Of a stretch of DNA of 64,000 nucleotides, positions 10,118-20,053 are shown piece after piece (positions within the stretch are counted from its first letter, which is position 1; each line of letters begins with the position of its first letter). This DNA is from an uncultured delta proteobacterium (lineage in GTDB: Bacteria; Myxococcota_A; Polyangia; Polyangiales; Polyangiaceae). The stretch is from positions 4,096,001 through 4,160,000 of the forward strand of contig CAWDXG010000004.1 in NCBI GenBank assembly GCA_963806225.1. Reading direction: 5' to 3'. Under the pieces are notes generated by a model, which made no database searches, was not told the DNA's origin, and saw nothing but the letters and a program-made list of their open reading frames with translations. A program made the translations under genes and the position numbers.

Positions 10118-11695
10118 ATGCGACGACCCCTCCTTCTCGGCGGTTTCATGGCAACCGGCAAGTCGACCGTGGGGCGGCTCGTGGCCGAAGGCGAGGGCGT
10201 GCCGTTCGTCGATCTCGACGCGCTCGTGGAGCAGCGCGCCGGTGCGAGCGTTGCGCGTATCTTCCACGAACGGGGCGAGGCGGCATTCCGGGCGCTGGAG
10301 CGAGAAGAGCTCGGCCGGCTACTCGACGCGGGCCGCGCCGAGGTGGTCGCGCTGGGCGGTGGCGCGCTGTCGCGGCGTACGGCGAGGCTGGATGCGCTCG
10401 ATCGCAGCGTCGTGGTGACGCTGGAGGCGCCCGTGGAGGAGATCCTGCGAAGGGCGCGACTCCACGGAGGGCGGCCACTGCTCGACGTGCCCGACCCAGC
10501 CGACCGCATCGCAGAGTTGCTCGAGCAGCGGCGCGTGGGCTATCTCGAAGCGCACGCGCGGGTTGCCACTGCCGGGGTCGAGCCTGCCCGGGTGGCGGAC
10601 CGGGTGGCCGAGGTGTGGCGGCGGGATCCGCTGGCCGTGGCCGCGGGAGATCGCTCCTACGCGGTTGATTTCGGGCATGCCTGCGCGCCGGGCCGGGTCG
10701 CGGAGCTGGTGCGGGGCGCGTCGATGGCGCTCCTGATCACCGACTCCAACGTCGCCCCGCTGCACGCCGCGCCGGTCGAACAGGCTCTGGCGGCCGTGCT
10801 GCCGACGGTGGAGCGCGTCGTCCTCGACGCCGGCGAGCAGCACAAGAACGTCCAGGCCCTGCAGCGCATCTGGCAGGCAGCGCTCGGAGCTGGCGCGGAT
10901 CGCAGCAGCGTCCTGGTCGCGGTTGGAGGAGGCGTGGTCAGCGATGTGGCCGGCTTCGCAGCGGCGACCTGGATGCGTGGCATCCGCTGGGTCGCGGCAC
11001 CCACCACGCTGCTCGCGATGGTGGATGCCTCCGTGGGCGGCAAGACGGCTGTGGACCTCGACTCGGGAAAGAACCTGGTGGGCGCGTTCTGGCAGCCCTG
11101 CGGCGTCGTCTGCGACACGGCGACGCTCGCGACGGAGCCGGAGCGCGGCTACGTGGGCGCACTGGCCGAGGTCGTGAAGACCGCGCTGATCGGCGATCCG
11201 GAACTCTTCGCCATGCTGGAGGCGAACAGCGCGGCGGTGCGCGGACGCGATCAGGCCCTGCTCGCGCAGCTGGTCCGGCGCAGCGTCCGGGTGAAGGCCA
11301 GGATCGTGGGGCTGGACGAACGGGAGAGCGGACCCAGGGCGACGCTCAACCTCGGCCACACCGTCGGCCACGCGCTGGAAGCCGAGGGTGGCTACACGCG
11401 GCTCACGCACGGTGAAGCCGTGAGTCTGGGCCTGGTCGCAGCGCTGGCTATCGGCGAGGAGCTCGGACAGACCCCGGCCGCGCTGGTCGCGCGCACGGTG
11501 GAGCTTCTGCGGTCGCTCGGGCTGCCGGCCTCGCTTCGAGGCGAACCGCTTGCCGAGGCCGCCGAGCTCATCGGCTACGACAAGAAGCGCTCCGGAGACC
11601 AGCTGCGTTTCATCGCGGTGCGGGGCATGGGCCGGGTCGAAGCCGTCGAGCTGCCCGTGGCGGGGCTGCGGGAGCGGGTCCGTAGCCTCGGCTAG
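10118..11695 (+). CDS. aroB: Bifunctional shikimate kinase / 3-dehydroquinate synthase (AroK-AroB fusion)
   Basis: GFMATGKSTVG, DLD, GEAAFR and LGGG (AroK); GGGVVSDVAGF, PTTLLAMVDASVGGKT, LNLGHTVGHALE and HGEAV (AroB). Confidence 0.93.
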   Translation: MRRPLLLGGFMATGKSTVGRLVAEGEGVPFVDLDALVEQRAGASVARIFHERGEAAFRALEREELGRLLDAGRAEVVALGGGALSRRTARLDALDRSVVVTLEAPVEEILRRARLHGGRPLLDVPDPADRIAELLEQRRVGYLEAHARVATAGVEPARVADRVAEVWRRDPLAVAAGDRSYAVDFGHACAPGRVAELVRGASMALLITDSNVAPLHAAPVEQALAAVLPTVERVVLDAGEQHKNVQALQRIWQAALGAGADRSSVLVAVGGGVVSDVAGFAAATWMRGIRWVAAPTTLLAMVDASVGGKTAVDLDSGKNLVGAFWQPCGVVCDTATLATEPERGYVGALAEVVKTALIGDPELFAMLEANSAAVRGRDQALLAQLVRRSVRVKARIVGLDERESGPRATLNLGHTVGHALEAEGGYTRLTHGEAVSLGLVAALAIGEELGQTPAALVARTVELLRSLGLPASLRGEPLAEAAELIGYDKKRSGDQLRFIAVRGMGRVEAVELPVAGLRERVRSLG

Positions 11696-11845
11696 ACGCC
11701 GTTGATACTGCGCGGGCCTTCAGTGGTAGTCGCCAGGGGCGCTCGATTGTTGGCGGGAGGGGGCTCCCCCCGATAGACTTCCATTCGAGAGTCGGGACGC
11801 CTCGTCGCTGTTCGGGGCCGCCCCCGGTTCGCTTTCGAGGTCATC

Positions 11846-12562
11846 ATGCGTTGGCTGCCCCGACACTTCTTCACGGCTGCGATTCTGCTCGGAGCGGGTC
11901 TAGTTGCCGCCTCCGGCTGCGCGGACAACAAGACCGCGCTGTTCATCCGCGGCGTGGTTGCGCTGCAGTCCCCTGGCTGCGATGCGAAGGCCGATCCGTC
12001 CGCGACGATGCTCGGGGGTGGCGTTATGGACGTGGCACTCACTCGCGAGTACTGGGCAGCGCTTCTGGTCGGCAACCAGTTGACCGAGCGCGGCTCACGC
12101 GACCAGGTCCGCACGGAGACCGACCGCGTTTCGCTCACGGGAGCCGTGGTGGACGTGCAGAACTCGTCGGGCGGCACGCTGAGTGGCGGCAGCTACACGA
12201 CCGACGCAACCGGCTTCGTCGATCCAGCTAGTGGCAACACGCCAAGCTACGGCGTCGTCTTCGTCCGCCTGGTTCCGAGCTCGGTATCGGTGTCAGCCGG
12301 CCAGCAGCTCACGGTGAAGGTCCACGTCTTCGGCGACACACTCGGCGGGCGCTACATCGAGTCGGGCGACTTGAGCTACCCGATCAGCGTCTGCAGCGGG
12401 TGTCTGGTGAGCTTCCCGTCGAACGCCTACGACCCGGCGAACCCGAGCGCGGGCTGCACGGGCGATCCGGGCAGTGCGACAGAACCCTGCTATCCTGGCC
12501 AGGACGAGCCCATCGATTGCCGGCTCTGCACCCAGAATCCGGCCTGCGTCCCGCCGGGCTGA
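11846..12562 (+). CDS. Putative lipoprotein with Cys-rich C-terminus
   Basis: Signal peptide ending VAASGC; typical codon usage. Confidence 0.75.
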   Translation: MRWLPRHFFTAAILLGAGLVAASGCADNKTALFIRGVVALQSPGCDAKADPSATMLGGGVMDVALTREYWAALLVGNQLTERGSRDQVRTETDRVSLTGAVVDVQNSSGGTLSGGSYTTDATGFVDPASGNTPSYGVVFVRLVPSSVSVSAGQQLTVKVHVFGDTLGGRYIESGDLSYPISVCSGCLVSFPSNAYDPANPSAGCTGDPGSATEPCYPGQDEPIDCRLCTQNPACVPPG

Positions 12563-12626
12563 GTGTTCGCCGGCGCGCGGGGGTCTCCCTGCACGCGGAG
12601 GCTTGCTGTAGTAGCGTAAGGTCTTG

Positions 12627-13226
12627 ATGCCGCTTGCGCCGCGCGCCGTCGGGGGACTTGGCCGTAGGCTTTTCGCCGGCGCTGTCGCCGCGTTTCTGCT
12701 CGCGCTCCCGGCGTACGCCCACGCGGACCCACAGTGGAACGCGAGCCTGCTGACCGGCGTGTGCGGCACCGGCTCGCACGCCTACTGGCAGCACACCTGT
12801 TGGTTCAATGGGTTGCGTTCGGACGTGCTGTTCGGCCGCTCGCAGAACACGGACGTCGGCGTCGGGCCGTACCTGCATCTGACGACGGCGGGGTTCGAGG
12901 ACGTGCGACTCGGTGGCGGCGTCACGACGCTACTGCCGGTGCATCCCTATTTCCCGCTTGGGCTCTCGGCTGGTGGCTACGCGCGGCACAGCGCAGCTGG
13001 TTGGGAGCCCGGCTTGTCCGGGTGGCTCTTCGTCGGCAGCAAGAGCTACAACTATCACTCGAGCTACATCATGACCGGCGGGCTCCTGGTCGGTCTGAAC
13101 TACGGGCTCGGCCGCACCCGCGAGCGCACGATCGTCATCGCCGCGCAGATCGACGGGCTCGTGCTCGCGCTTCCCTTCATCATCGGATACGAGTGGCTGC
13201 GCGGCCCCCCGTCCGCCGACCACTGA
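12627..13226 (+). CDS. Secreted or outer-membrane hypothetical protein
   Basis: Signal peptide (ALPAYAHA-D) followed by alternating beta-strand-like segments. Confidence 0.65.
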   Translation: MPLAPRAVGGLGRRLFAGAVAAFLLALPAYAHADPQWNASLLTGVCGTGSHAYWQHTCWFNGLRSDVLFGRSQNTDVGVGPYLHLTTAGFEDVRLGGGVTTLLPVHPYFPLGLSAGGYARHSAAGWEPGLSGWLFVGSKSYNYHSSYIMTGGLLVGLNYGLGRTRERTIVIAAQIDGLVLALPFIIGYEWLRGPPSADH

Positions 13227-13242
13227 CGACGCAGCCGGAGCG

Positions 13243-13578
13243 TCAATGTTCCGGTGACGCGGGCTCGCCGTCGTGTGCCGGCTTTGCGTCGCCGGTCTCT
13301 TCGAGAACGTTGTCGATGCGCTCGAGCAGCGCAGTGAGCATCTCGCGGGAGCGCGCTTCGACGTGCCGGCGGCGTTCCCGTTCCTCTTCGAGATCGTGCG
13401 CGAGCGCGATCGCGGCAAGCAGCATCGCCTGCGGCGATATGGGACGCCCCGGCCCGGTCAGCGCGCGTAGGCGCGCGTCGACCAGATCGGCGAGACGACG
13501 CAGCTCCGCCTCTTCAGCGGAGGCGACCACGCGGTAGGTCTGTCCGCCAACCCGCAGTTCGACGGGAGAGCGATGCAT
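13243..13578 (-). CDS. zapA: Cell division protein ZapA
   Basis: VELRVGGQTYRV...LRRLADLVDARL...LLAAIALAHDL followed by a coiled coil. Confidence 0.85.
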   Translation of the reverse strand: MHRSPVELRVGGQTYRVVASAEEAELRRLADLVDARLRALTGPGRPISPQAMLLAAIALAHDLEEERERRRHVEARSREMLTALLERIDNVLEETGDAKPAHDGEPASPEH

Positions 13579-13907
13579 GCGCGCCACGGTACCACCACGG
13601 GGCGTACATGGAAATGCCCCCGGCGCGGAGGGTGCTCGGCTTCGCGCGTTCGTAGGCGTCATGTCATCCGGTGTGCCGCGAAATCACTTCGAATGACGGC
13701 GCGCGTTGCACAGAGGGCGTCCCGCAGGCGGCGCGCGGTCGGCGCTGCTTGCTGTTGGTTTGCTCGCGTCTGGACTCACTCCAGTTGGGGCTTGACGTGG
13801 GTGGAAAGGTCGTGTCCCGACGCGCGGCCTCGACGTGTGGATCGACTTCCGGGGCGACGCGCTTGGTGGTCGTAGGCGACGAGCTCCGGCAGCTAGGTAG
13901 CTGTGGC

Positions 13908-14525
13908 CTATCGGAACACGCGCAGCACCAGGTCGCTCGCGAGCGCCGCATCCTCGGTGTGTGTCCACGGATGTTCGAGACGATAGCGGGCGATGCCTTC
14001 CAGCGCTGCGGTCACCGCGGCGAGACGGAGCTCGTCGGGTCGCGTCGAGACGACTGCATCTCGCAGTGCGTCCGAAAGCAGAGCGCGCAGCAGGTCGCGC
14101 AGCGGTTCGCCGGCACACGTGAGCACGGAGTGCGGCTGGCGCGACGGCGTTCGCAACAGGGCGCGCGCGACGAAGGGCTGGTCTTCGACAAACGCGGTCC
14201 AGGCGCCGAGCGCGGCGCGCAGGCGTTCGCGGGGCGTCCAGGCTTCTGTGAGGGATTGTTCGAGCTGTTCGCTGAGCAGCGCCGCGCCGCGCGCGGTCGC
14301 CTCCTGGATGGCCGCGTCGAAGTCATCGAAGTGTTCGTAGAACGTGTTTCGTCCGATGCGTGCTGCAGCGACGACGTGTGTGACGGTCGCGTGTTGGCCG
14401 TGGTCTGCCAAGGCCTGCGTCGTCGCCTGCAGCAGGCGTTCGTGCTGTCGGGCTCGGCGCGCCGGGCCCGGCAGGGTCCGGTCGTAGCGGCCTCGCGGCG
14501 GCGCCGGTTCGACACGGCGTGGCAT
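13908..14525 (-). CDS. TetR/AcrR family transcriptional regulator
   Basis: N-terminal HTH LLQATTQALADHG...TVTHVVAAARIGRNTFYEHFDD. Confidence 0.85.
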   Translation of the reverse strand: MPRRVEPAPPRGRYDRTLPGPARRARQHERLLQATTQALADHGQHATVTHVVAAARIGRNTFYEHFDDFDAAIQEATARGAALLSEQLEQSLTEAWTPRERLRAALGAWTAFVEDQPFVARALLRTPSRQPHSVLTCAGEPLRDLLRALLSDALRDAVVSTRPDELRLAAVTAALEGIARYRLEHPWTHTEDAALASDLVLRVFR

Positions 14526-14668
14526 AGAAACTTTAGTATATTATTATTCGGGGCTTTTTGCGTGGTCCTTTGGGGGCGCCATTTCCGGGCGGTTCCGGGG
14601 GCAGAACGCCGCCATAACAGGCGGGAATTATTAGCGAAGATATAAAAACTACTGCGTATTACTTCCGG

Positions 14669-14684
14669 GGTTTCACGTGCAACA
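14669..14684. promoter_or_regulatory. parS-like ParB-binding site (intergenic)
   Basis: GGTTTCACGTGCAACA (reverse complement TGTTGCACGTGAAACC), 15/16 match to consensus TGTTNCACGTGAAACA. Confidence 0.7.
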
Positions 14685-15295
14685 TGGTGCCGAGCGGGTC
14701 GGGGGATGGGCTTCCGGGGCTGCTGCCGGGCGATTGGAGCGTTGCGTCGCCGGCGGTGGGGGCTCGCTCGGGGCGCGATCCAGCGCCCGGCGAGGCCACC
14801 TCGCTCGGGGCGCGAGCCGGTCCGCGCGAGGGCGCGCAGCGCCGTCGGCGACGGCGCGGAGCGGTGCGCTGCGATGCGGCCTGGGGAGCAGGACGCGACC
14901 CGCCGCGGCCGCGGCGCTCACGGGCCAGCGCGCGTCTCGGCGGCTGGCCGCCAGTAGCGCGCCGCCGCAAGCCCGCCCTTGGCCCCTGCTTCGTGAACGT
15001 GCCCCCGGTAGTGCCGCCGCTGCTTGTCAGGCGGGTCGAGCCGGATGGGCGTGACGCGTCGGGGTCGCTGCGCGCTGTCTTCGCCCCGGTGTTTCCAGCT
15101 TGCGGCGGGGCGGACGGCGACCCAACGACCCGAAACGCGCGTGCCCTTGGGGCGTGTCGCAGGGCGAGCGTGGCTGTGTGTCCAACGTCCCTGCCCGTTA
15201 TCGCCTGAACGCGGTCCCACTTGCCAGGAGTCGCCCGCAATCCTGTCGCTGACGCCGCGCCTGACTACTGCTACTTACGCTTCGTGGATCGGCCG

Positions 15296-16458
15296 ATGCG
15301 CTCTTTGCTTCGAGGCAGGCTCGACGCGCTTGACGCCGCCGGGTCGCTACGCCGACCGGACGCCGAAGCGGGCTCGGGCCAGGCTAGCGGGCCAGCGGTT
15401 GTCGATCGCCGGCTGGACCTTTCGTCGAACGACTACCTCGGCCTGGGCCGGCGCAACGTTTCACGTGAAACCCTCGACGCCATCCGCCACGCGCCCCCGG
15501 GCGGCAGGGCCTCCCGCCTCATCTTCGGCACCCACGCCGCCCATCTCGAACTGGAACGCGAGCTCGCCAACTGGGTCCAACAGCCCGCCGCGCTACTGTT
15601 CAGCAGCGGATACGCCGCGAACGTTGGAACCCTGGCCGCACTCGCGGGGCCAGGCGACGTGGTCTTCTCAGACGCCCTGAACCACACGTCGAATCATCGA
15701 TGGCTGCCGCCTCTCGGCAGCGGAGATCCGCGTCTACCCGCACGGCGACTTGCCCTCTCTCGAGCGCCAGCTCGCCACACACGTCGCCGGCCACCGTTGG
15801 ATCGTGACGGAGAGCTACTTCAGCATGGACGGCGACACCCCGGACCTCGGGGCGCTGGCCGCCATCGGCGAGCGACACGGCGCCTCGCTCATCCTCGACG
15901 AAGCCCACGCCCTTGGGGTGTTCGGCCCCGCCGGCGCCGGTCTTGCGCGCGCCGCCGGCGTCAAGCCGGAACGTCCTGGTGGGGACGCTAGGCAAAGCCA
16001 TCGGCGCACAGGGCGCGTTCGTCGCAGGGTCGCCGGAGCTGCGCGCCTACCTCTGGAACCGGGCCCGCAGCCTGGTCTTCTCTACCGCGCCTTCCCCGAT
16101 ACTGGCTGCTCTGACCCTCGAGCAGGTCCGTCGCACCCGCGCAGCGGCGTCGGAGCGGGCACGACTCCACGAAAGCTGCCGCCAGCTGCGGGAAACGCTG
16201 CACGCAGCTGGAGTCCCGGTACTGGTAGCCAGCCATGGCCCCATCGTTCCGGTCGTCCTGGGCACCAACGCTGCCGCTCTAGCGGCAGCCGAGGCCCTCG
16301 CGGAGCAGGGGATCCAGGCCCGCGCAATACGCCCTCCAACGGTCCCCGACGGAACCGCCCGCCTCCGCATCACCGTAGACGCCGCGCTGCAACCCGGGGA
16401 CATCGCGTTGATCGCACAGGCCCTCGCGGCCGTAGCCGGGACCAGATGCTGCGGGTAG
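15296..16458 (+). CDS. bioF: 8-amino-7-oxononanoate synthase; two apparent +1 frameshifts (near 15692 and 15970)
   Basis: SSNDYLGL, FSSGYAAN and DALNH | IIDGCRL, ESYFSMDGD and DEAHALGV | GTLGKA and AIRPPTVP, spread over three successive frames. Confidence 0.9.
15457..15472. promoter_or_regulatory. parS site inside bioF
   Basis: CGTTTCACGTGAAACC with a perfect 14-bp palindromic core GTTTCACGTGAAAC (encodes VSRET). Confidence 0.8.
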
Positions 16459-17129
16459 TCGTCCTGGGCACTGGCACGGGCGTCGGCAAGACCTTCGTGT
16501 GCACCGCCCTTCTCCGCGAGCTGGGCCACCGAGGCGTGAACACCGTGGGACTGAAGCCGATCGAAACTGGCCTCCGACCCCAGGGCGACAGCCCAACGCC
16601 GGACAGCGACTGCGCACGGCTCGAGAGCGCCGCCTCCGCCCCCGCCCCACACCCGCACCCGTTGTACAGCTTCCAGGATCCGATCTCGCCGCACCTCGCG
16701 GCGCGCCGCGCGAACACCGCCATCGACACAGCAGCAATCGCCAGGTGGATGCACGCCAATACAATACAATACACCACACCCGGGGTGGCCATCATCGAAA
16801 CCGCCGGGGGCGCCTTGAGCCCCCTCGCACCCGGCATCACGAACCTCGACCTCGCCGCGGCGCTACAGCCGGCGCTGTTGCTGCTGGTTGCCCCCGACGC
16901 CCTGGGCGTCCTGCATGATCTCTCCGCGACGCTCGGCGTCCTGCGCGCATCAGCCCGCGCACCCGACTATGTACTGCTCAGCGCCTCGCGCGGCCAAGAC
17001 GCGTCCACAGGTACCAACGCCGACGAGCTACGCCACCTGGGCATCGCCGACCCCATCGCGGTCCTTGCCCCCGGCGAACCCACCGGGCTCCAGCCACTCG
17101 TCGACGCCCTGGTCGCGGCGAGCGCCTGA
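16446..17129 (+). CDS. bioD: Dethiobiotin synthase
   Basis: GTGTGVGKT, LKPIETG, PISPHLAA and ETAGG; overlaps the bioF end. Confidence 0.9.
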   Translation: MLRVVVLGTGTGVGKTFVCTALLRELGHRGVNTVGLKPIETGLRPQGDSPTPDSDCARLESAASAPAPHPHPLYSFQDPISPHLAARRANTAIDTAAIARWMHANTIQYTTPGVAIIETAGGALSPLAPGITNLDLAAALQPALLLLVAPDALGVLHDLSATLGVLRASARAPDYVLLSASRGQDASTGTNADELRHLGIADPIAVLAPGEPTGLQPLVDALVAASA

Positions 17130-17134
17130 GCGCC

Positions 17135-17800
17135 TCAGCCCCGCTTGGCCGGACCGCCCGCGATACGACCCGCCACAAGACGCACGCGCACCCCGGCAAG
17201 CCGCGCCGCGAGGTCGCTGGAGTGGCTCACAACGATGACGAGCACGCCGCGATCCCGCTCCTCAATCAACACCTGCTCTAGACGCTCGGCGCTGGCCGCA
17301 TCCAGCCCCGCCCACGGCTCGTCCAGAAGCAGCACCGACGGGTCGTGCACCAACGCCCGCCCCAATGCCACCCGCTGACGCTGACCACGCGAGAGCGTCC
17401 CTACCGCTCGGTGCTCGAGCGCTTCGATAGCCACACGACCCGCAACGCGCTCCCAGGCCTGCTTGCCATCGACTCCGTAGAGCCTGCCGGCCAGCTCCAC
17501 GTTCTGCCGTGCGGTCAGCTCCCGGTAGCAGTGGCTGTCGTGCGCGACCCAGCCCATGTGCGGGCGCACCTGCTCCACGTCTTCCCCCAACGGCGCATAC
17601 ACCACGCTCCCCGAAGTGGGCTGGAGCACCGTTCCGACCACCGCCAGCAGCGTGCTCTTCCCGGCACCATTCGGCCCCTCGAGGAAGCTGATCGTGCCCG
17701 CCTCGAAGCGCGTGCTGACGCCGCGAAGAGCGGGCGTGGCGCCGAACAGCCGGGTCACGCCCCGGACCTCGATCCGCTCTATGCGCCCGTTCAGTTCCAC
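17135..17800 (-). CDS. ABC transporter ATP-binding protein, CcmA-like
   Basis: GPNGAGKST, LSRGQRQR and LLLDEP; short single NBD with GWVAH; start uncertain. Confidence 0.8.
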   Translation of the reverse strand: MELNGRIERIEVRGVTRLFGATPALRGVSTRFEAGTISFLEGPNGAGKSTLLAVVGTVLQPTSGSVVYAPLGEDVEQVRPHMGWVAHDSHCYRELTARQNVELAGRLYGVDGKQAWERVAGRVAIEALEHRAVGTLSRGQRQRVALGRALVHDPSVLLLDEPWAGLDAASAERLEQVLIEERDRGVLVIVVSHSSDLAARLAGVRVRLVAGRIAGGPAKRG

Positions 17801-17934
17801 GCGCTCTGGATAGCACACCACGCCGGCCCGATGCCGCAGAGCCGGCTGGCCCGCAAGCCGAAACCGGACGCGCGCGCCCGTCACCGCGCGATCTGCCCCG
17901 CCGGCGAGGAGACACGCCCCGACGCCATGCTACG

Positions 17935-18909
17935 ATGCCCACAATGTCCTCGTCTGCCGTCGCGGTCGACGCCGAACGCATCGAGCGCCTCGTCGAGCTC
18001 CGCCGCGCCGTGGAAGGCGCCCTCGAAGGCAAGCCCGACGCCGTCGAGCTGGCGTTGGTGGCACTCCTCGCCCGCGGCCACGTTCTGATCGAGGACGTCC
18101 CCGGCGTCGGCAAGACGACCCTCGCGCGGGGCCTTGCCAAGGCCGTCGGCGGCGAGATGCGGCGGGTGCAGTTCACGAGCGACCTGCTTCCAAGCGACGT
18201 GCTCGGAGTATCCGTCTACGACCAACGCACGGGCGATTTCGTGCTGCGGCACGGGCCCATCTTCAGCAACGTGCTGCTCGCCGACGAGATCAACCGCGCC
18301 AGCCCCCGCACGCAATCGGCCCTGCTCGAAGCGATGAACGACGGCCAGGTGTCCCTCGACGGCAAGACCATTCCACTCCCCGAGCCGTTCCTGGTGATCG
18401 CGACGCAGAATCCACAGGACTTCACCGGCACCTTTCCGCTCCCCGAGTCGCAACTCGATCGCTTCATGGTCCGCGTCCGCATCGGCTATCCCCCCGCCCA
18501 CGTCGAGACGCGACTGATGCTGGAACCCGAGTCGGATCGCATCCAGCACGTACCCACCGTCCTCGACCCGCAGTCCCTCGTCGCGCTGCAGCGCAACGTC
18601 GATCGCGTCAACGTCGACGCTTCGCTCGGCACCTATCTGCAGGCGCTCATCTCGGCGACGCGGACAACTCCCGCACTGGCACTGGGCGCCTCGACGCGTG
18701 CGGGCATGAATCTATCGCGAGCGGCTCGCGCGCGCGCTCTCGTGCAGGGACGACGCTACTGCATCGCGGACGATATCCACGACCTCGCCGTGCCGCTCCT
18801 GGCGCACCGTGTGCGGCTCGCCGCACACGCCGAAGGCTACGTTCCGAGCCGTGAGGAAGCGGAAACCGCCGTGCGCGACATCGTGGCGCGCGTTCCGGTG
18901 CCGCTCTGA
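17935..18909 (+). CDS. MoxR family AAA+ ATPase
   Basis: EDVPGVGKT, QFTSDLLPSD, LLADEINRASPRTQSALLEAM, ATQNP and FPLPESQLDRF. Confidence 0.95.
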   Translation: MPTMSSSAVAVDAERIERLVELRRAVEGALEGKPDAVELALVALLARGHVLIEDVPGVGKTTLARGLAKAVGGEMRRVQFTSDLLPSDVLGVSVYDQRTGDFVLRHGPIFSNVLLADEINRASPRTQSALLEAMNDGQVSLDGKTIPLPEPFLVIATQNPQDFTGTFPLPESQLDRFMVRVRIGYPPAHVETRLMLEPESDRIQHVPTVLDPQSLVALQRNVDRVNVDASLGTYLQALISATRTTPALALGASTRAGMNLSRAARARALVQGRRYCIADDIHDLAVPLLAHRVRLAAHAEGYVPSREEAETAVRDIVARVPVPL

Positions 18910-18919
18910 GAGCCGCGCC

Positions 18920-20053
18920 GTGCCCGCGGTCCGAATCGCCGTCCACCCGCGTCGCCAGAAATCCCTGGACCGCTCGCCCCCGCCCAGCAGCTGGTTCGGC
19001 CGAATCCGCCGCCGGCTGCGCCCACCGCGCAAGCTGAAGATCACGCGCGAGGGAAAGTACTTCATCGGTATCACCATCGGCGTCGGCTTCGCCGCTATCA
19101 ACACCGGCAACAATCTTCTGTACCTGCTTCTGGGCATGCTGCTCTCGCTCATCGTCGTCTCCGGCGTGATGAGCGACCTGAGCTTGCGCAGCCTCACCGT
19201 CATCCGCCGCCTTCCCCCGCGCGCCCAGGTCAGCCGCCCGCACCTGGTCGAGATCGAGGTCTACAACCACAAGAAGCGCACCCCGTCGTACGCGATCGAG
19301 ATCGAGGATCTGCGCGCGGGCCAGCCCGCGGACAAGCGCTGCTTCTTTCTGAAGATCAGCCCACGCTCGGCGCAGGTAGCTGCCTACAGACGCACGCCGG
19401 CCCGCCGCGGCCGCGACCGCCACATCGGATTCCGCATCGCCACGCGCTTCCCCTTCGGCTTGTTCGAGAAGTCGCGCGAGCTCGCAGCGGACGGCGACCT
19501 CGTCATCTACCCCGCCGTCGACCCGGTGCGCCTGCCTCCCGAACAGCCCGGTCTAAAGCTCGGCGGCGACGGCGCGCTCGGCCGCGGCCACGGCGACGAG
19601 ATCGTCGGTGTGCGTCCGATGCGCGACGGCGACGACCCGCGCGACATCTACTGGCGCAAGAGCACCGTCGCCAACCAGTTCGTGCTCCGTGAGCGAGCCC
19701 GCGAAACCCGCCGCGATGTGATGTTCAGCATCGACAACCGCTACCCCGACAAGCAACCCGACGAGCGCTGGTCCGCACAGTTCGAACGCCGGATCCGCGA
19801 CGTAGCGTCGCGCGCCGTCGCGCACCTGAAGCGCGGAGATGCCGTCACGCTCAGCGCCACTCGCGGCGAATCCGCCCGCGCGGACTCGACCGTCGGCGCC
19901 GACCCGCTGCTGAGGTTCCTGGCGCTGCTCCAGGCAGCTCCCTCGGACGGGGCCGCTACGCGCACCGACAACTCGAAGCCGCCCGCACCTCTGCCCAAGC
20001 CGCGCTACGACAGCAAGCCCGAAAAGCCCGCACTTCCGGGAGGCGCCGCGTGA
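18920..20053 (+). CDS. DUF58 domain membrane protein
   Basis: AAINTGNNLLY, TRFPFGLF, GDDPRDIYWRKS; follows MoxR. Confidence 0.9.
   Translation: MPAVRIAVHPRRQKSLDRSPPPSSWFGRIRRRLRPPRKLKITREGKYFIGITIGVGFAAINTGNNLLYLLLGMLLSLIVVSGVMSDLSLRSLTVIRRLPPRAQVSRPHLVEIEVYNHKKRTPSYAIEIEDLRAGQPADKRCFFLKISPRSAQVAAYRRTPARRGRDRHIGFRIATRFPFGLFEKSRELAADGDLVIYPAVDPVRLPPEQPGLKLGGDGALGRGHGDEIVGVRPMRDGDDPRDIYWRKSTVANQFVLRERARETRRDVMFSIDNRYPDKQPDERWSAQFERRIRDVASRAVAHLKRGDAVTLSATRGESARADSTVGADPLLRFLALLQAAPSDGAATRTDNSKPPAPLPKPRYDSKPEKPALPGGAA

Noticed and set aside
13227..13907. 6S RNA (ssrS) next to zapA
   Set aside because: Only 16 bp separate zapA from the convergent gene, and I recognise no 6S features in the upstream gap; needs an Rfam scan.
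14529..14554. dif site (ACTTTAGTATATTATTATTCGGGG)
   Set aside because: Superficial resemblance only; the 11-6-11 spacing and TTATGT XerD arm are not satisfied. The same applies to the half-sites near 15198 and 22434.
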